Source: Acidobacteriota bacterium (GTDB lineage Bacteria > Acidobacteriota > UBA6911 > RPQK01 > JADFOI01). Taken from it: DNA of 64,000 nucleotides. Below the pieces are notes generated by a model. It was given only the letters and a program-made list of their open reading frames with translations. It was not told the origin of the DNA and searched no databases. A program made the translations under genes and the position numbers. The stretch lies in assembly GCA_963663035.1 (NCBI GenBank), contig OY760074.1, forward strand, positions 2,080,001 to 2,144,000, in the 5' to 3' direction. Shown one piece after another: positions 25,655-35,591 of this stretch. Each line of letters starts with the position of its first letter. The first letter of the stretch is position 1.

Positions 25655-26704
25655 GTGGAAAAGATCCCGGTAGGAATTTTAGGTGCCACTGGGGCGGTAG
25701 GACAGAAGTTCATTCTGCTCTTGACTGATCATCCCTGGTTTGAACTCCGGGAGTTGGCCGCCTCCGAGCAATCATCAGGAAATCGATATCAAGATGTCGT
25801 CTCCTGGAGACAGGCGAGTCCGATTCCGGAAACCATCCGAGAAATGATGGTCAAAGACTGCGAACCGAATCTCGACTGTAAGATTGTTTTTTCTGGTCTG
25901 GATTCCTCAGTGGCCGGAAACATTGAAGAGTCTTTCGCCCAAGCGGGATACTGGGTGTTTTCCAATGCCATGAATCACCGCATGGATCCCGATGTTCCGC
26001 TGGTGATCACGGAGCTCAACCCTGAGCACCTGAACATCATTCCCCACCAGCAGAAGACTCGAGGCTGGGAGGGGGCCATCCTCACCAACGCCAATTGCTC
26101 CGCGATTGTCCTGGCTCTCTCGCTTGGACCACTTCACAAGAGGTTCGGACTGGAGACTGTCCATGCGGTAACTTTCCAAGCGGTCTCGGGTGCCGGCTAT
26201 CCCGGTGTCCCCTCACTGGACATCCTGGGAAACGTCATTCCCTTTATTCCTGGAGAAGAAGAAAAGATGGAAAGTGAGACCCGAAAGATCTTAGGTGTAC
26301 TGGATCAGGATCGGTTTCGTCCGGCCGCTTTCACAGTCAGCACTCATGCGAATCGAGTGCCGGTTGAGGAGGGTCACCTGGAATGTGTTTCGGTCAAGCT
26401 GAAGGAGAAGGCTCCGCTGGAAGAAGTGATTCGATGCTGGCAGGAATTTACTGGACCAGATCATGAATTGAAGCTTCCCTCAGCCCCCCAGCACCCTGTG
26501 GTGGTGGTTTCAGAAGAGGATGGTCCCCAACCTCGCCGAGACGTCTGGAAATACCAGGGGATGAGTGCTCTGATAGGGCGTGTCCGCCCCTGTCCACTTT
26601 TTGACATCAAGTATGTTGTGCTCGGACATAACACCATCCGGGGAGCCGCCGGAGCCTCAGTGCTCAATGCGGAGTTGGTCCTCAAGAAAGGGATGTTGGA
26701 GTAG
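25655..26704 (+). CDS. asd: Aspartate-semialdehyde dehydrogenase (archaeal/fungal-type clade)
   Basis: GILGATGAVGQ, NANC catalytic Cys, QAVSGAGYPGV, HNTIRGAAG. Confidence 0.95.
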   Translation: MEKIPVGILGATGAVGQKFILLLTDHPWFELRELAASEQSSGNRYQDVVSWRQASPIPETIREMMVKDCEPNLDCKIVFSGLDSSVAGNIEESFAQAGYWVFSNAMNHRMDPDVPLVITELNPEHLNIIPHQQKTRGWEGAILTNANCSAIVLALSLGPLHKRFGLETVHAVTFQAVSGAGYPGVPSLDILGNVIPFIPGEEEKMESETRKILGVLDQDRFRPAAFTVSTHANRVPVEEGHLECVSVKLKEKAPLEEVIRCWQEFTGPDHELKLPSAPQHPVVVVSEEDGPQPRRDVWKYQGMSALIGRVRPCPLFDIKYVVLGHNTIRGAAGASVLNAELVLKKGMLE

Positions 26705-26709
26705 GCCCC

Positions 26710-27405
26710 ATGCGAATTACCCTTATAGGCTACGGCAAGATGGGAAGAAAGGTAGAGGAGGTGAGCCGTGACCAAGGCCACGAAGTTGTCCACACGATCG
26801 ATATCGACAACCTTGCCTCTGAAGCCGGATTCTCAGGAGAATGGGTCAAGATGACTGATGTCCTCATCGATTTTTCCACAGCAGCTACCGTGGTGACGAA
26901 TGTCCAGAATGCCGCCCGCGCGAAGATTCCCATAGTGGAAGGGACCACTGGTTGGAATGAACAGTTGAAGAAGGTTCAGCAGATCGTGGAGAGCCAGGGT
27001 GGAACCTGCGTCTATTCCAGCAACTTCAGTATGGGGGTTCAGAGTCTCTTCCACCTGACACGACAGGCTGGGAAGCTGCTTTCTCGTTTTGAAGATTTCC
27101 ATCCCTTTATCGTGGAATCTCATCACACTCAGAAGATCGATGCACCCTCGGGCACGGCACTGACATTGCGCAAAATTCTCGAGGAATCGTACAGCTCAGA
27201 GGTACCCACTTCGAGCCTGCGGGTTGGTTTTATCCCCGGAAACCACCTTGTGGGCTTTGACTCTCCCTTTGATACTCTGACGCTGGAGCACAGGGCGCGA
27301 AGCCGGGAGGGCTTTGCTAGAGGAGCGCTCTTTGCTGCCCAGTGGGTCCAGGGTAAAACAGGCTTGTATCGCTTCGAAGACGTCCTTTTCGGTGAAGAAA
27401 CATGA
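26710..27405 (+). CDS. dapB: 4-hydroxy-tetrahydrodipicolinate reductase
   Basis: GYGKMG, EGTTG, SNFSMG, ESHH.QK.DAPSGTA, FARGA. Confidence 0.95.
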   Translation: MRITLIGYGKMGRKVEEVSRDQGHEVVHTIDIDNLASEAGFSGEWVKMTDVLIDFSTAATVVTNVQNAARAKIPIVEGTTGWNEQLKKVQQIVESQGGTCVYSSNFSMGVQSLFHLTRQAGKLLSRFEDFHPFIVESHHTQKIDAPSGTALTLRKILEESYSSEVPTSSLRVGFIPGNHLVGFDSPFDTLTLEHRARSREGFARGALFAAQWVQGKTGLYRFEDVLFGEET

Positions 27406-28295
27406 TCAATACAACCGGTTGTGGCACAGCTTTAGTGACCCCTTTTCAATCCAATAACGAGGTCGACCTGGAAACCTATCGGAAACTGGTCCGGTGGCAG
27501 ATCGATTCGGGGATCAACTTCCTGGTTCCCGTGGGAACTACCGGGGAGAGCGTCACCCTCAGTGAAGAGGAATACCGGGATGTGATTCGAACCTGTGTGG
27601 AAACAGTGGCAGGCAAAGTTCCAGTCGTGGCAGGTGCTGGCACCAACAACACGGCCCATGCGATCCACCTGGCTGGCATCGCCCAGGAGCAGGGGGCCGA
27701 CGCTCTGCTTGCAGTAACTCCCTACTACAACAAACCCACCCAGGAAGGTCTTCTTCGTCACTTCCAGAAGATTGCCGAGTCAATCGAAATTCCGGTCATT
27801 CTCTACAACGTTCCAGGGCGCACCGTGACCAATATCACGGTAGAAACTGCGCTTCGGTTGGCACAGATCGATAATATTATCGGCATCAAAGAAGCCAGTG
27901 GAGATCTCAGTCAAGTTATGCAGATTCTGGATCACCGTCCTCCAGGATTCCTGGTTCTGTCGGGAGACGACAGTCTCGCCCTGGCCATTACACTGTTGGG
28001 TGGGGAGGGCATCATTTCAGTGGCCAGCAATTTGATTCCTGCCGAAATGACTCGAATCATCGATCTGGCCCGCCGTGAAGAGTTGGAGGAGGCTCGGAAA
28101 CTTCATTATCACTACCTCTCCTTAATGGAACTCAACTTCATTGAAACGAGCCCTATCCCTGTGAAATATGCGCTTTCCCGCATGGGCAAGCTTGAAGAGG
28201 TCTACCGGCTCCCCCTGTGTCCGCTCAGCGAAGCGAGTAAAGGAAGGATGGATCAAGAGCTGCAGAAGCTCAACCTGGTGAGTCCCCGTGGTTGA
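27402..28295 (+). CDS. dapA: 4-hydroxy-tetrahydrodipicolinate synthase
   Basis: ALVTPF, GTTGES, PYYNKP, YNVPGRT, GIKEASG. Confidence 0.96.
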   Translation: MINTTGCGTALVTPFQSNNEVDLETYRKLVRWQIDSGINFLVPVGTTGESVTLSEEEYRDVIRTCVETVAGKVPVVAGAGTNNTAHAIHLAGIAQEQGADALLAVTPYYNKPTQEGLLRHFQKIAESIEIPVILYNVPGRTVTNITVETALRLAQIDNIIGIKEASGDLSQVMQILDHRPPGFLVLSGDDSLALAITLLGGEGIISVASNLIPAEMTRIIDLARREELEEARKLHYHYLSLMELNFIETSPIPVKYALSRMGKLEEVYRLPLCPLSEASKGRMDQELQKLNLVSPRG

Positions 28296-29106
28296 GACGA
28301 TTGAGAAACTCTTTGAGAAGGACGAGTTTGACGGGACCGACAGGAGCACTCTGGAATCCTTTCTGGATCAATTGGACAGTGGGGAAATTCGTGCAGCCGA
28401 GAGAGTCGATGGTCAGTGGACAACCAATACCTGGGTCAAAAAGGGGATCCTGGTCGGATTCCGGATGGGAGTGCTGGCAGATCGATCCATCGATGAGCAT
28501 TTCCGTTTTTTTGATAAAGACACCTTTCCACTGAAGTCGCTTCAACTGGACTCGGGGGTCCGTATAGTTCCCGGGGGGTCCGCGGTGCGGCGCGGAGCCT
28601 ATGTCGCTGCAGGTGTCACCTGTATGCCACCCATGTATATCAATGTCGGTGCTTACGTGGATGAGGGGACCATGGTTGATTCCCATGCCCTGGTCGGATC
28701 GTGTGCCCAGGTCGGGAAACGCGTTCATCTAAGCGCCGCTGCACAGATTGGGGGAGTCCTGGAACCTGTGGGAGCGCTTCCCGTGATCGTTGAAGACGAG
28801 GTCCTGGTGGGAGGCAATTGTGGAGTCTATGAAGGGACGATTGTGCGCCGCGGAGCGGTGCTGGCAGCAGGGGTCATTTTGACTCGCGGAACCCCGGTTC
28901 ATGATCTCACCAAGGAAACAGTGCTCCGAGGTGAGGAAGAGCGCCCTCTCGAAATTCCCGAGGGTGCCGTGGTCGTCCCCGGCAGCCGTCCAATCTCTTC
29001 CAGCTATGGCAAGGCTCAGGGACTCTCCCTGTACACTCCAATCATCGTGAAGTACAGGGACTGGAAAACCGAGAAGTCAGTCAAGCTGGAAGAGTGGCTC
29101 AGGTAG
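28288..29106 (+). CDS. dapD: Tetrahydrodipicolinate N-succinyltransferase
   Basis: WVKKGIL, YINVGAYVDEGTMVD, GSCAQVGK.VHLS, IGGVLEP hexapeptide region. Confidence 0.95.
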   Translation: MVETIEKLFEKDEFDGTDRSTLESFLDQLDSGEIRAAERVDGQWTTNTWVKKGILVGFRMGVLADRSIDEHFRFFDKDTFPLKSLQLDSGVRIVPGGSAVRRGAYVAAGVTCMPPMYINVGAYVDEGTMVDSHALVGSCAQVGKRVHLSAAAQIGGVLEPVGALPVIVEDEVLVGGNCGVYEGTIVRRGAVLAAGVILTRGTPVHDLTKETVLRGEEERPLEIPEGAVVVPGSRPISSSYGKAQGLSLYTPIIVKYRDWKTEKSVKLEEWLR

Positions 29107-29228
29107 GAGAGAGAAGGTAGGAGACAGGAGGCAGAAGCGTCACAGGGACTACGTCCTCTGCTAAGCTCCAAGTCGAAAGCTTAACTCCCTCTCCATTCTG
29201 ACTCCTGACTCCTACCTCCTGACTCCTA
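29101..29228. repeat. Two oppositely oriented heptamer arrays around a ~60-nt core
   Basis: AGGTAGG/AGACAGG/AGGCAGA units (29101-29137) and CTCCTGA/CTCCTAC units (29197-29228). Confidence 0.7.
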
Positions 29229-29249
29229 TTCCCAAGTGTTATCATAGAT

Positions 29250-30080
29250 GTGAGAATGGCAGCTGAAAAGGGGCCAAGCAAGCGAAGGCCGATTATCACC
29301 CTGATCACGGATTTTGGGGAGGGATATTACGTCGCTGCAATGAAGGGGGTCATCCTTGACATCTGCCAGGACGCCTGCATTGTGGACATCAGTCATGATA
29401 TTCGATCTCATGACGTGCTGGAGGGTGCCTTCACCCTTCTTTGCAGTTACCCGTACTTTCCCCCCAAGAGTGTTCACGTCGCAGTAATCGACCCAGGGGT
29501 GGGCTCAGAGCGTCGCGGAATTATCGTGTCAACCAACGATCATTACTTCGTGGGCCCTGATAATGGTGTCTTTTCCTTCGTCTACAATCGAGAGCAGGTC
29601 AAGAAAGTTGTTTCTATCGAGTCCCAACTCTACCAGCGAGGCACAGTTTCTCCCACCTTTCATGGTCGTGATGCGTTTAGTCCGGTGGCCGCATGGCTGG
29701 CGCTGGGAACCCCGCTCGAGAAGTTTGGCCAGGAGATCGAAGATTATGCGGGTGCCACTGTTCTGCCTGTTCAGAAAGTGGAAGAAAATCGACTTGAAGG
29801 CATGGTCATTCACGTGGACAAATTCGGCAACGTCATCACCAGCATCTCTCGAGACAATGCCTCACAGCTCCTCGGGAATGAGGGCACCCCGAAGTTCTAC
29901 CTCAATGGCCAGGAGGTGACTCACCACTACAGCTTTTACGCTGAAGCCGCCCCAGGAGAGATCTTCACCCTTATAGGCAGCAGCGGCTATTATGAGATTG
30001 CGGCACACAAAGAGAGGGCTGCTGATATCTTGGGCGTGGCGCGCGGGGAAAGGGTTCAATTGGAGCTGGTGACAGACTAA
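29250..30080 (+). CDS. SAM hydroxide adenosyltransferase / chlorinase-fluorinase family (DUF62)
   Basis: ITLITDFG, VIDPGVGSERR, GPDNG, SPTFHGRD.F, HVDKFGN. Confidence 0.92.
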   Translation: MRMAAEKGPSKRRPIITLITDFGEGYYVAAMKGVILDICQDACIVDISHDIRSHDVLEGAFTLLCSYPYFPPKSVHVAVIDPGVGSERRGIIVSTNDHYFVGPDNGVFSFVYNREQVKKVVSIESQLYQRGTVSPTFHGRDAFSPVAAWLALGTPLEKFGQEIEDYAGATVLPVQKVEENRLEGMVIHVDKFGNVITSISRDNASQLLGNEGTPKFYLNGQEVTHHYSFYAEAAPGEIFTLIGSSGYYEIAAHKERAADILGVARGERVQLELVTD

Positions 30081-30275
30081 CCGCATTTCTCACACCCGCT
30101 CTGCTGCAGCGGCGCAATGATCCGACCTGCCTGCGTTGCGCGACCCGCAAGCGGGTACCCCTCGCGCGCCAGTCGGAGCCGCAGGCTAAAGCCTGCGGGC
30201 CCGTGGGCTAAAGCCCACGGCTCTGTTTTCCGGCCCTTTCGCCGCTTCGCGACGACCTGGTGTAAGAAATGCGGG
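30081..30275. mobile_element. MITE family B (TIR related to family A)
   Basis: TIRs CCGCATTTCTCACACC / GGTGTAAGAAATGCGGG, CTAA duplication; contains the GCGACCCGCAAGCGGGTACCCC module and two GCTAAAGC-loop hairpins. Confidence 0.85.
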
Positions 30276-31439
30276 CTAACCAGCCCGGTACGAGGGTGAC
30301 ACTTCCCGCATCCGCTCCACAATCTTCGGCAAGACACCAACCACATAGTCTATCTCCTGCTCTGTGTTCATCCGGCTCAAACTGAAACGAATGGCGGACT
30401 TGTGTAACTGCGGCTTGCCTCCAAGAGCCGTTAAAACGTGCGAGGGTTCAACGGTGCCTGAGGCGCAGGCGGAACCAGTTGACACCGCCACCCCCTCAAA
30501 ATCAAGGGAGATGAGCAGGGCCTCCCCTTCAAGGGAACGAAAGCTGATATTGGTCAGGTGTGGGACTCGTCTGGTTTTCGATCCATTGACCACGGTTCCT
30601 GGAATTTGTTCCAGGATGCCCCTCTCCAACCTGTCTCGCAGCGCCCCAATTCTCGTACTGAAGTCCTTCAGCGCCTCCTTCGCCAGCTCAGCCGTCCGTC
30701 CCAGGCCTACGATCCCAGGCACGTTCAAGGTGCCTGCACGCCGGCTGCGCTCGTGGGAGCCTCCATGCAGCAGTGGGTCTATCGACACCCCACTCCGCAC
30801 ATAGAGTGCACCCACACCTTTAGGGCCGTGGATTTTGTGTGCCGATATGGACAGGAGATCGACACCCAGTTCCTCCACGTTCACCGGGATCTTTGCCACC
30901 GTCTGGACTGCATCGGTGTGAAAGAGAACCTCTCTTTCCCGTGCGATAGCAGCCATCTCTTCGATGGGTTGAATCACTCCGATCTCGTTGTTGCCGTGCA
31001 TGATGGAAATCAGTGTGGTCTCATCCTCAATGGCTTCCTTGAACTGATCCAGAGAAATCATGCCCTCCCGATCCACCGGGAGGCAGCTCACCCGAAAACC
31101 TTCCCTTTCCAGTTGCTCACAGGTGTGCAGGACAGCCGAATGCTCAGTGGCAGCCGTGAGAATGTGATTTCCCCGCGAGCGGTGATGGGTCGCCACTCCC
31201 CGAAGCGCCGCATTGTCGGCCTCCGTGCCGCCGCTGGTGAACACAATCTCTCTGGGCCGGGCTCCAATCAACTCGGCAACTTGACTCCGAGCACTTTCCA
31301 CCACCGAACTCGCCTTTTGGCCGTAAGAGTGAATCGAGGAGGCGTTTCCAAAATCCTCCAGATAATGAGGCTTCATCGCCTCAAAAACCAAGGGATCCAG
31401 TGGAGTGGTGGCATTGTTGTCCAGATAGACTTGCTGCAT
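30276..31439 (-). CDS. iscS: Cysteine desulfurase (IscS/NifS group)
   Basis: YLDNNATT, FTSGGTE, HTDAVQ, SAHKIHGPKG, STGSACASG. Confidence 0.93.
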   Translation of the reverse strand: MQQVYLDNNATTPLDPLVFEAMKPHYLEDFGNASSIHSYGQKASSVVESARSQVAELIGARPREIVFTSGGTEADNAALRGVATHHRSRGNHILTAATEHSAVLHTCEQLEREGFRVSCLPVDREGMISLDQFKEAIEDETTLISIMHGNNEIGVIQPIEEMAAIAREREVLFHTDAVQTVAKIPVNVEELGVDLLSISAHKIHGPKGVGALYVRSGVSIDPLLHGGSHERSRRAGTLNVPGIVGLGRTAELAKEALKDFSTRIGALRDRLERGILEQIPGTVVNGSKTRRVPHLTNISFRSLEGEALLISLDFEGVAVSTGSACASGTVEPSHVLTALGGKPQLHKSAIRFSLSRMNTEQEIDYVVGVLPKIVERMREVSPSYRAG

Positions 31440-31488
31440 GTTTGTCCGATCATATCACCCACCAAACTGAGGCAACAACTGGACAGCC

Positions 31489-31517
31489 TTGACAGCCGAG
31501 AAAGCGAATCTTATATA
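31489..31517 (+). promoter_or_regulatory. sigma70-type promoter for hsp20
   Basis: TTGACA (31489-94), 17 nt, TATATA (31512-17). Confidence 0.55.
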
Positions 31518-31656
31518 AGTAAAAGGCTGGTTGATGGAAGACCTAAGTTACTTAGGCTTAAATACTTAAGTCCACCAGTCAGGACTGTGAACTGCGCAGA
31601 GACACAGAAAGGACGAAACTTTAGCAGGTTATTTAAAACAATGGAGGTAAGGAAGA

Positions 31657-32094
31657 ATGCAATTAGTAAGATTTAATCCCTTTTGGGGCTCAACAGCAGT
31701 GGAGCCGACAATGGATCGACTCTTTGACCGCTTTTTCGAGGATACGGGCACAAAGCTGAACGGTAGGACTGGGTCTCCGTCAGTGGATGTTTCTGAGACT
31801 GAAAACGAGATCGTGTTCACAGCTGAGTTTCCAGGATTTGAAAAGGAGGAGATTGACATCTCCGTCAACGAGGGTCGCTTGAACATCAGTGGCGAGAGAC
31901 CCTTCACAGAGGAAAAGGAAACCAAGCATCACCGGGTCGAGCGTTGGTATGGAAAATTCAATCGCAGCTTCCTTTTACCGAAATCCGCAGACCCCGAAAC
32001 GATCTCGGCTAATCTCAAGAACGGAGTGCTGACCGTCACGATGCCCAAGAAAGAGGAAGCAAAACCGCGTCAAATTACTGTTTCGGTGAACTAA
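31657..32094 (+). CDS. Hsp20/alpha-crystallin small heat-shock protein
   Basis: PSVDVSE, AEFPG, ERWYGKFNRSF.LP, A.LKNGVLTV.MPK. Confidence 0.95.
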   Translation: MQLVRFNPFWGSTAVEPTMDRLFDRFFEDTGTKLNGRTGSPSVDVSETENEIVFTAEFPGFEKEEIDISVNEGRLNISGERPFTEEKETKHHRVERWYGKFNRSFLLPKSADPETISANLKNGVLTVTMPKKEEAKPRQITVSVN

Positions 32095-32150
32095 TCTCCG
32101 TGTGGTTGTCCCCGGGGTACAGCTCCCTTGGGACTGAACAGTCAATCCAG

Positions 32151-32180
32151 GGGTGGGAGCCAATCTCCCACCCTTTTTTT
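32151..32180 (+). terminator. Rho-independent terminator after hsp20
   Basis: GGGTGGGAG-ccaat-CTCCCACCC followed by T7. Confidence 0.85.
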
Positions 32181-32203
32181 GTCTCTTCCCTTTTTCGTAA
32201 GGC

Positions 32204-32584
32204 CTATTCCAGAGCAATCACATCAATTTCCACAGCGACTCCTTTGGGCAAACGAGCTGCTTGAATGGTGGTCCGGGCGGGCGGAGCCTTTCCGGTGAAA
32301 TAGCCCGCATAGACTTCGTTCATGGCCTCGAAATCCTGAAGATCGGCCAAGTACACAGTACACTTGACCGCTTTGTCCAGGGATGAACCCGCCGCTTCCA
32401 GAATGGTCTTGAGATTTTCCAAAGTCTGCCGAACCTGATCCTGGATGGAGTCTCTTACAATTTCTCCAGTCTGGGGATTCAAAGGGATGTTCCCAGACAC
32501 GAAGATCAGCCCATTTGCCCGAATCGCGGGCGAGTACGGCCCACCTGGAGGGGCTCCTTTTTCAGCCTCAATACGTTCTTTCAT
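32204..32584 (-). CDS. RidA/YjgF family reactive-imine deaminase
   Basis: GPYSPA, FVSG.IP, K.TVYL.D..DF..MN.VY, PPART, VEID. Confidence 0.92.
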   Translation of the reverse strand: MKERIEAEKGAPPGGPYSPAIRANGLIFVSGNIPLNPQTGEIVRDSIQDQVRQTLENLKTILEAAGSSLDKAVKCTVYLADLQDFEAMNEVYAGYFTGKAPPARTTIQAARLPKGVAVEIDVIALE

Positions 32585-32636
32585 CTGGACCTCCAATCCT
32601 CTGTCTCCTTCTGCTAGAATACATCCTTCTTGATTG

Positions 32637-32709
<73 letters not shown>

Positions 32710-32714
32710 CCCCT

Positions 32715-34020
32715 TGTCCGGGGTGCATTCCGGACACATAGGTTACAGTTTATTCCGAAGACATAGGTAACACCTTTGCACCAAAAGGGTTATTTATAGG
32801 TTCAAACCTTCTACTGTCTTCGTCAAAGTAACCGAGGTCGTATTCCATAAACGACACCAGCCAAATTTTCTCTTTGACCTCTTTGATTCCAACATCTTGA
32901 CCAGCAAACACCGTGCTGAAGTTGATCTTTTGACTTTTCATACAGATTCTGCCGCAGCTGGTGACGGTCACGGTGCGATCGTGCATGGGGTACTCGACGC
33001 GCCCGATTCCTCGGTAGGGACAAGATGCGGGAGTATAGACCTCGGACGGAAACTTCATGCCCAGGGCCTCATGAGGTCTCTCAGTATTGTATTCCGCCTG
33101 AAAGGCATTAAACCTCTCTTGCTGCTGAAGAAGGTTGTGGGCAGCGGGAACGACTGTGGCCTTCTTGAGGGTGAGATGAAGGCGCTCATGCCTTCCGTTC
33201 TGCTCGGGATGGCCGGGCTTGATCCTCTCGATTCGGATTCCTAGCCTAAGCCACCAGACGGCCAGTCGACTGAGTCCAAACAATCCGTTGGGTGATGCAA
33301 AAGGGACTCCGTTGTCCGTGCGGATCGCTTCCGGCAAACCTAACTCTTGAAAGGTTCTCTCGAATACGGGGAAAGCACCTCTTTCCTTAACACTGTCGAG
33401 AGCCTCGATGGCGAGCAGATAACGGCTGGCGTGATCGCTCACGGTGAGAGGATAACAGTACCGTTTGTCTCCCAGCATGAACTCTCCTTTGAAGTCGGCA
33501 GACCAAAGGTCATTGGGATTCTGGCTGCTGGACAATCGAGTCCCCTCTGCCTTGAACCGTCGCCGTTTTCTACAGTTCACCAGGCCGTTGCGATCCAGAA
33601 CCGCGTGAACTGTGCTCACCGCAGGCGGCCGTACATTCGGAAACCTACGAATCAGGAGCGCCCGAATCTTGGGAGCTCCCCAATACGGCTTCTCTCGCTT
33701 TAGCCTGACCAGGGTCCGTTCCACCTGTTCGGGCAGTTGGTTTCCGTAACGATGCGGCTTGCGGCTCCGATCCACCAGGGCGTAAGCGCCGGTGTTTTGA
33801 TAGCGGTTCCAAATCTTGTAGCCCGTCTTTCTGGATATCCCAAACTCCTCACACAGACGGCTCATGGACTCCCCATCCAACAGCTTCGCTATAAATCTCA
33901 TTCTCTCGTCCATCACACAGATCTCCTTCCATGGCATCTCTGGGCACCTCCCAGAAGAAGCCTATAAGTGTTACCCATGTGTCCGGTATAATTTGTTACC
34001 CATCTTTCGGAATGGGCACG
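32715..34020 (-). mobile_element. IS481-family insertion sequence (ends approximate)
   Basis: Transposase flanked by imperfect IRs, each with doubled ACATAGGTWACA / TGTTACCCATNT sub-repeats; left end starts with TGT. Confidence 0.85.
32750..33937 (-). CDS. IS481-family DDE transposase
   Basis: MPWKE...ERMRF, GISRKTGYK HTH, WSADFKG, DNG.PF, PGHPEQNGRHER, YN.ERPHEAL. Confidence 0.95.
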   Translation of the reverse strand: MPWKEICVMDERMRFIAKLLDGESMSRLCEEFGISRKTGYKIWNRYQNTGAYALVDRSRKPHRYGNQLPEQVERTLVRLKREKPYWGAPKIRALLIRRFPNVRPPAVSTVHAVLDRNGLVNCRKRRRFKAEGTRLSSSQNPNDLWSADFKGEFMLGDKRYCYPLTVSDHASRYLLAIEALDSVKERGAFPVFERTFQELGLPEAIRTDNGVPFASPNGLFGLSRLAVWWLRLGIRIERIKPGHPEQNGRHERLHLTLKKATVVPAAHNLLQQQERFNAFQAEYNTERPHEALGMKFPSEVYTPASCPYRGIGRVEYPMHDRTVTVTSCGRICMKSQKINFSTVFAGQDVGIKEVKEKIWLVSFMEYDLGYFDEDSRRFEPINNPFGAKVLPMSSE

Positions 34021-34112
34021 GAAGAGAGTCGCTGTACCGTTGTCTCGATCCTTCCCGTCTTGGATACCCGGAAGGTTGGCCCTGAATAGGGGTTGTGGAA
34101 GAATTTTCGGGG

Positions 34113-34427
34113 TTAGAGTATCTCTTGGCCAAGCTTGCCAATGGCTTCTCGAAGTCGATCGACCACTTCTTGCTTCTTGTCAGTTTTAGAACCATCAATT
34201 TCTCGGTCTGAAAAACCAATCTTGGCGAATTGGCGTATTCTTCCGTCCTCCAAGACTAGCTGCCATAGGTGACCGGCTGGACCGGTATATTGGTTTGAGT
34301 CCAGTTCACTGGTGTCAGCGATGTCCCAAATTTCCCATTTGTGAACTCTAATCTCTGAATGGCCCGCCTCTTTTGCAAGCTGTTCAGCAAGCTCACCAAC
34401 ATATTGCTTACACTCTTCCTTAGCCAT
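34113..34427 (-). CDS. Hypothetical protein
   Basis: ATG 34427 with AGGAGG RBS; 104 aa; no recognised motif. Confidence 0.6.
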   Translation of the reverse strand: MAKEECKQYVGELAEQLAKEAGHSEIRVHKWEIWDIADTSELDSNQYTGPAGHLWQLVLEDGRIRQFAKIGFSDREIDGSKTDKKQEVVDRLREAIGKLGQEIL

Positions 34428-34689
34428 GCAGCTTCCTCCTTTTGTGAACTGTCTGAGGTGAGAGCAATATCCGTTCCAGAGAGTCGAGGGCGAAGGAAGC
34501 AAATCTGCTCAACCTCCATGGCCATGGAGGTTGAAGACCAAGCGAGAGGTCGACCTGAGCTGGGAGAATTGTGATTCTTTCCAGCCCTGTCAACCAATCC
34601 GTCAACGGAGGGTTACAAATCATTGATTCCACAGACTGCTTGACAATTAATGCACTGAGCATAAGATTTTGGACCAGGGGGGAGTCTGA

Positions 34690-35001
34690 ATGCTTTATCG
34701 AGTACGCGCAGAGATCATCGAAGGGAAAATGTCGGAATTCTTCAACAAGCTGACGGATGGCACCATCGAGCAGCAAAGGCCTGACGGTCAGGAGATACTG
34801 GCCTCGATGCAAAGGGCCAGGCTCACTGCACCGGGTGTGATCGAGTGGTCTGAAACCTGTTACTGTCCACAGCCCCTCGCCCACGAGAGCAAAATCGTTT
34901 ACAACAACTTCCTCTCGGAGATTCGAACAGAAGAAATCTCTTCAGAACCGGAGATCGGAGGCGCATCTTTCTGGGACTACCTGACAAAGTCGCAGCAATA
35001 G
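34690..35001 (+). CDS. Conserved hypothetical protein
   Basis: GGGGAG RBS; protein-like sequence L.DGTI..Q.PDG.EI.ASM.RA...W.ETCYC..PL.HE. Confidence 0.7.
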   Translation: MLYRVRAEIIEGKMSEFFNKLTDGTIEQQRPDGQEILASMQRARLTAPGVIEWSETCYCPQPLAHESKIVYNNFLSEIRTEEISSEPEIGGASFWDYLTKSQQ

Positions 35002-35076
35002 TTGCTGAGGCAAAATCTGGGTATCGGCAGTTCTAATCTGGCCCTCCAGTCTTTTTTTTTCACTTTTTTTTCAACA

Positions 35077-35120
35077 TGTGATGGACATCACAAGTTTAGT
35101 GTCAGGGCGCGACGTATACT
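35077..35120 (+). promoter_or_regulatory. CRP/FNR-family box with class II promoter geometry
   Basis: Perfect TGTGA-N6-TCACA (35077-92) with TATACT at 35115-20. Confidence 0.55.
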
Positions 35121-35591
35121 GTTCTCGATCGGTTTGTTACCTCCCTCAGGGCCTGTCGGTTGACGTGCCTCAACCTTCAGGCCCCTACCTTTTTTAGCTG
35201 CAAAAACCACCTGCAAACTCCTCAAGCTTCCTGCTCTTGAGCGTGAAGGTCTGTTGACACATCGTTTAATTCGACTGATTTCCACTTTGCTTTTTCTCTT
35301 AATCGGCTGATTCCCTGCCCCATTACCAGGCAACTTCTCCAGGATTGCGGATACCCAACATTCTCGGAAAGCTAAGCTGCAAGCTACTTTCCCAGTTCTC
35401 ACCTGGAGTTGCGGGTTGTGACTGGCTGATTTCCCTATTGAGGTCAGAGCTTGTACCCTGGCGATGAGTCGTGATATTAAAACTTATCCTGTTTAAGCAC
35501 GAACAGGCTATTTCCCTTGCAGTAAGGCACGGTATTGTTGCCTTCCTTGCAATGAACCGATTTTTTGAGTGTGGTCCATAGAGGAAGCGTA

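Noticed and set aside
31542-31556. CIRCE or HAIR heat-shock operator upstream of hsp20
   Set aside because: The CCTAAG-tta-CTTAGG inverted repeat matches neither consensus and is too short to call
35524-35541. sigma54 promoter upstream of the pilin
   Set aside because: GGCACG is present but the TTGC element is not at the required -12 spacing
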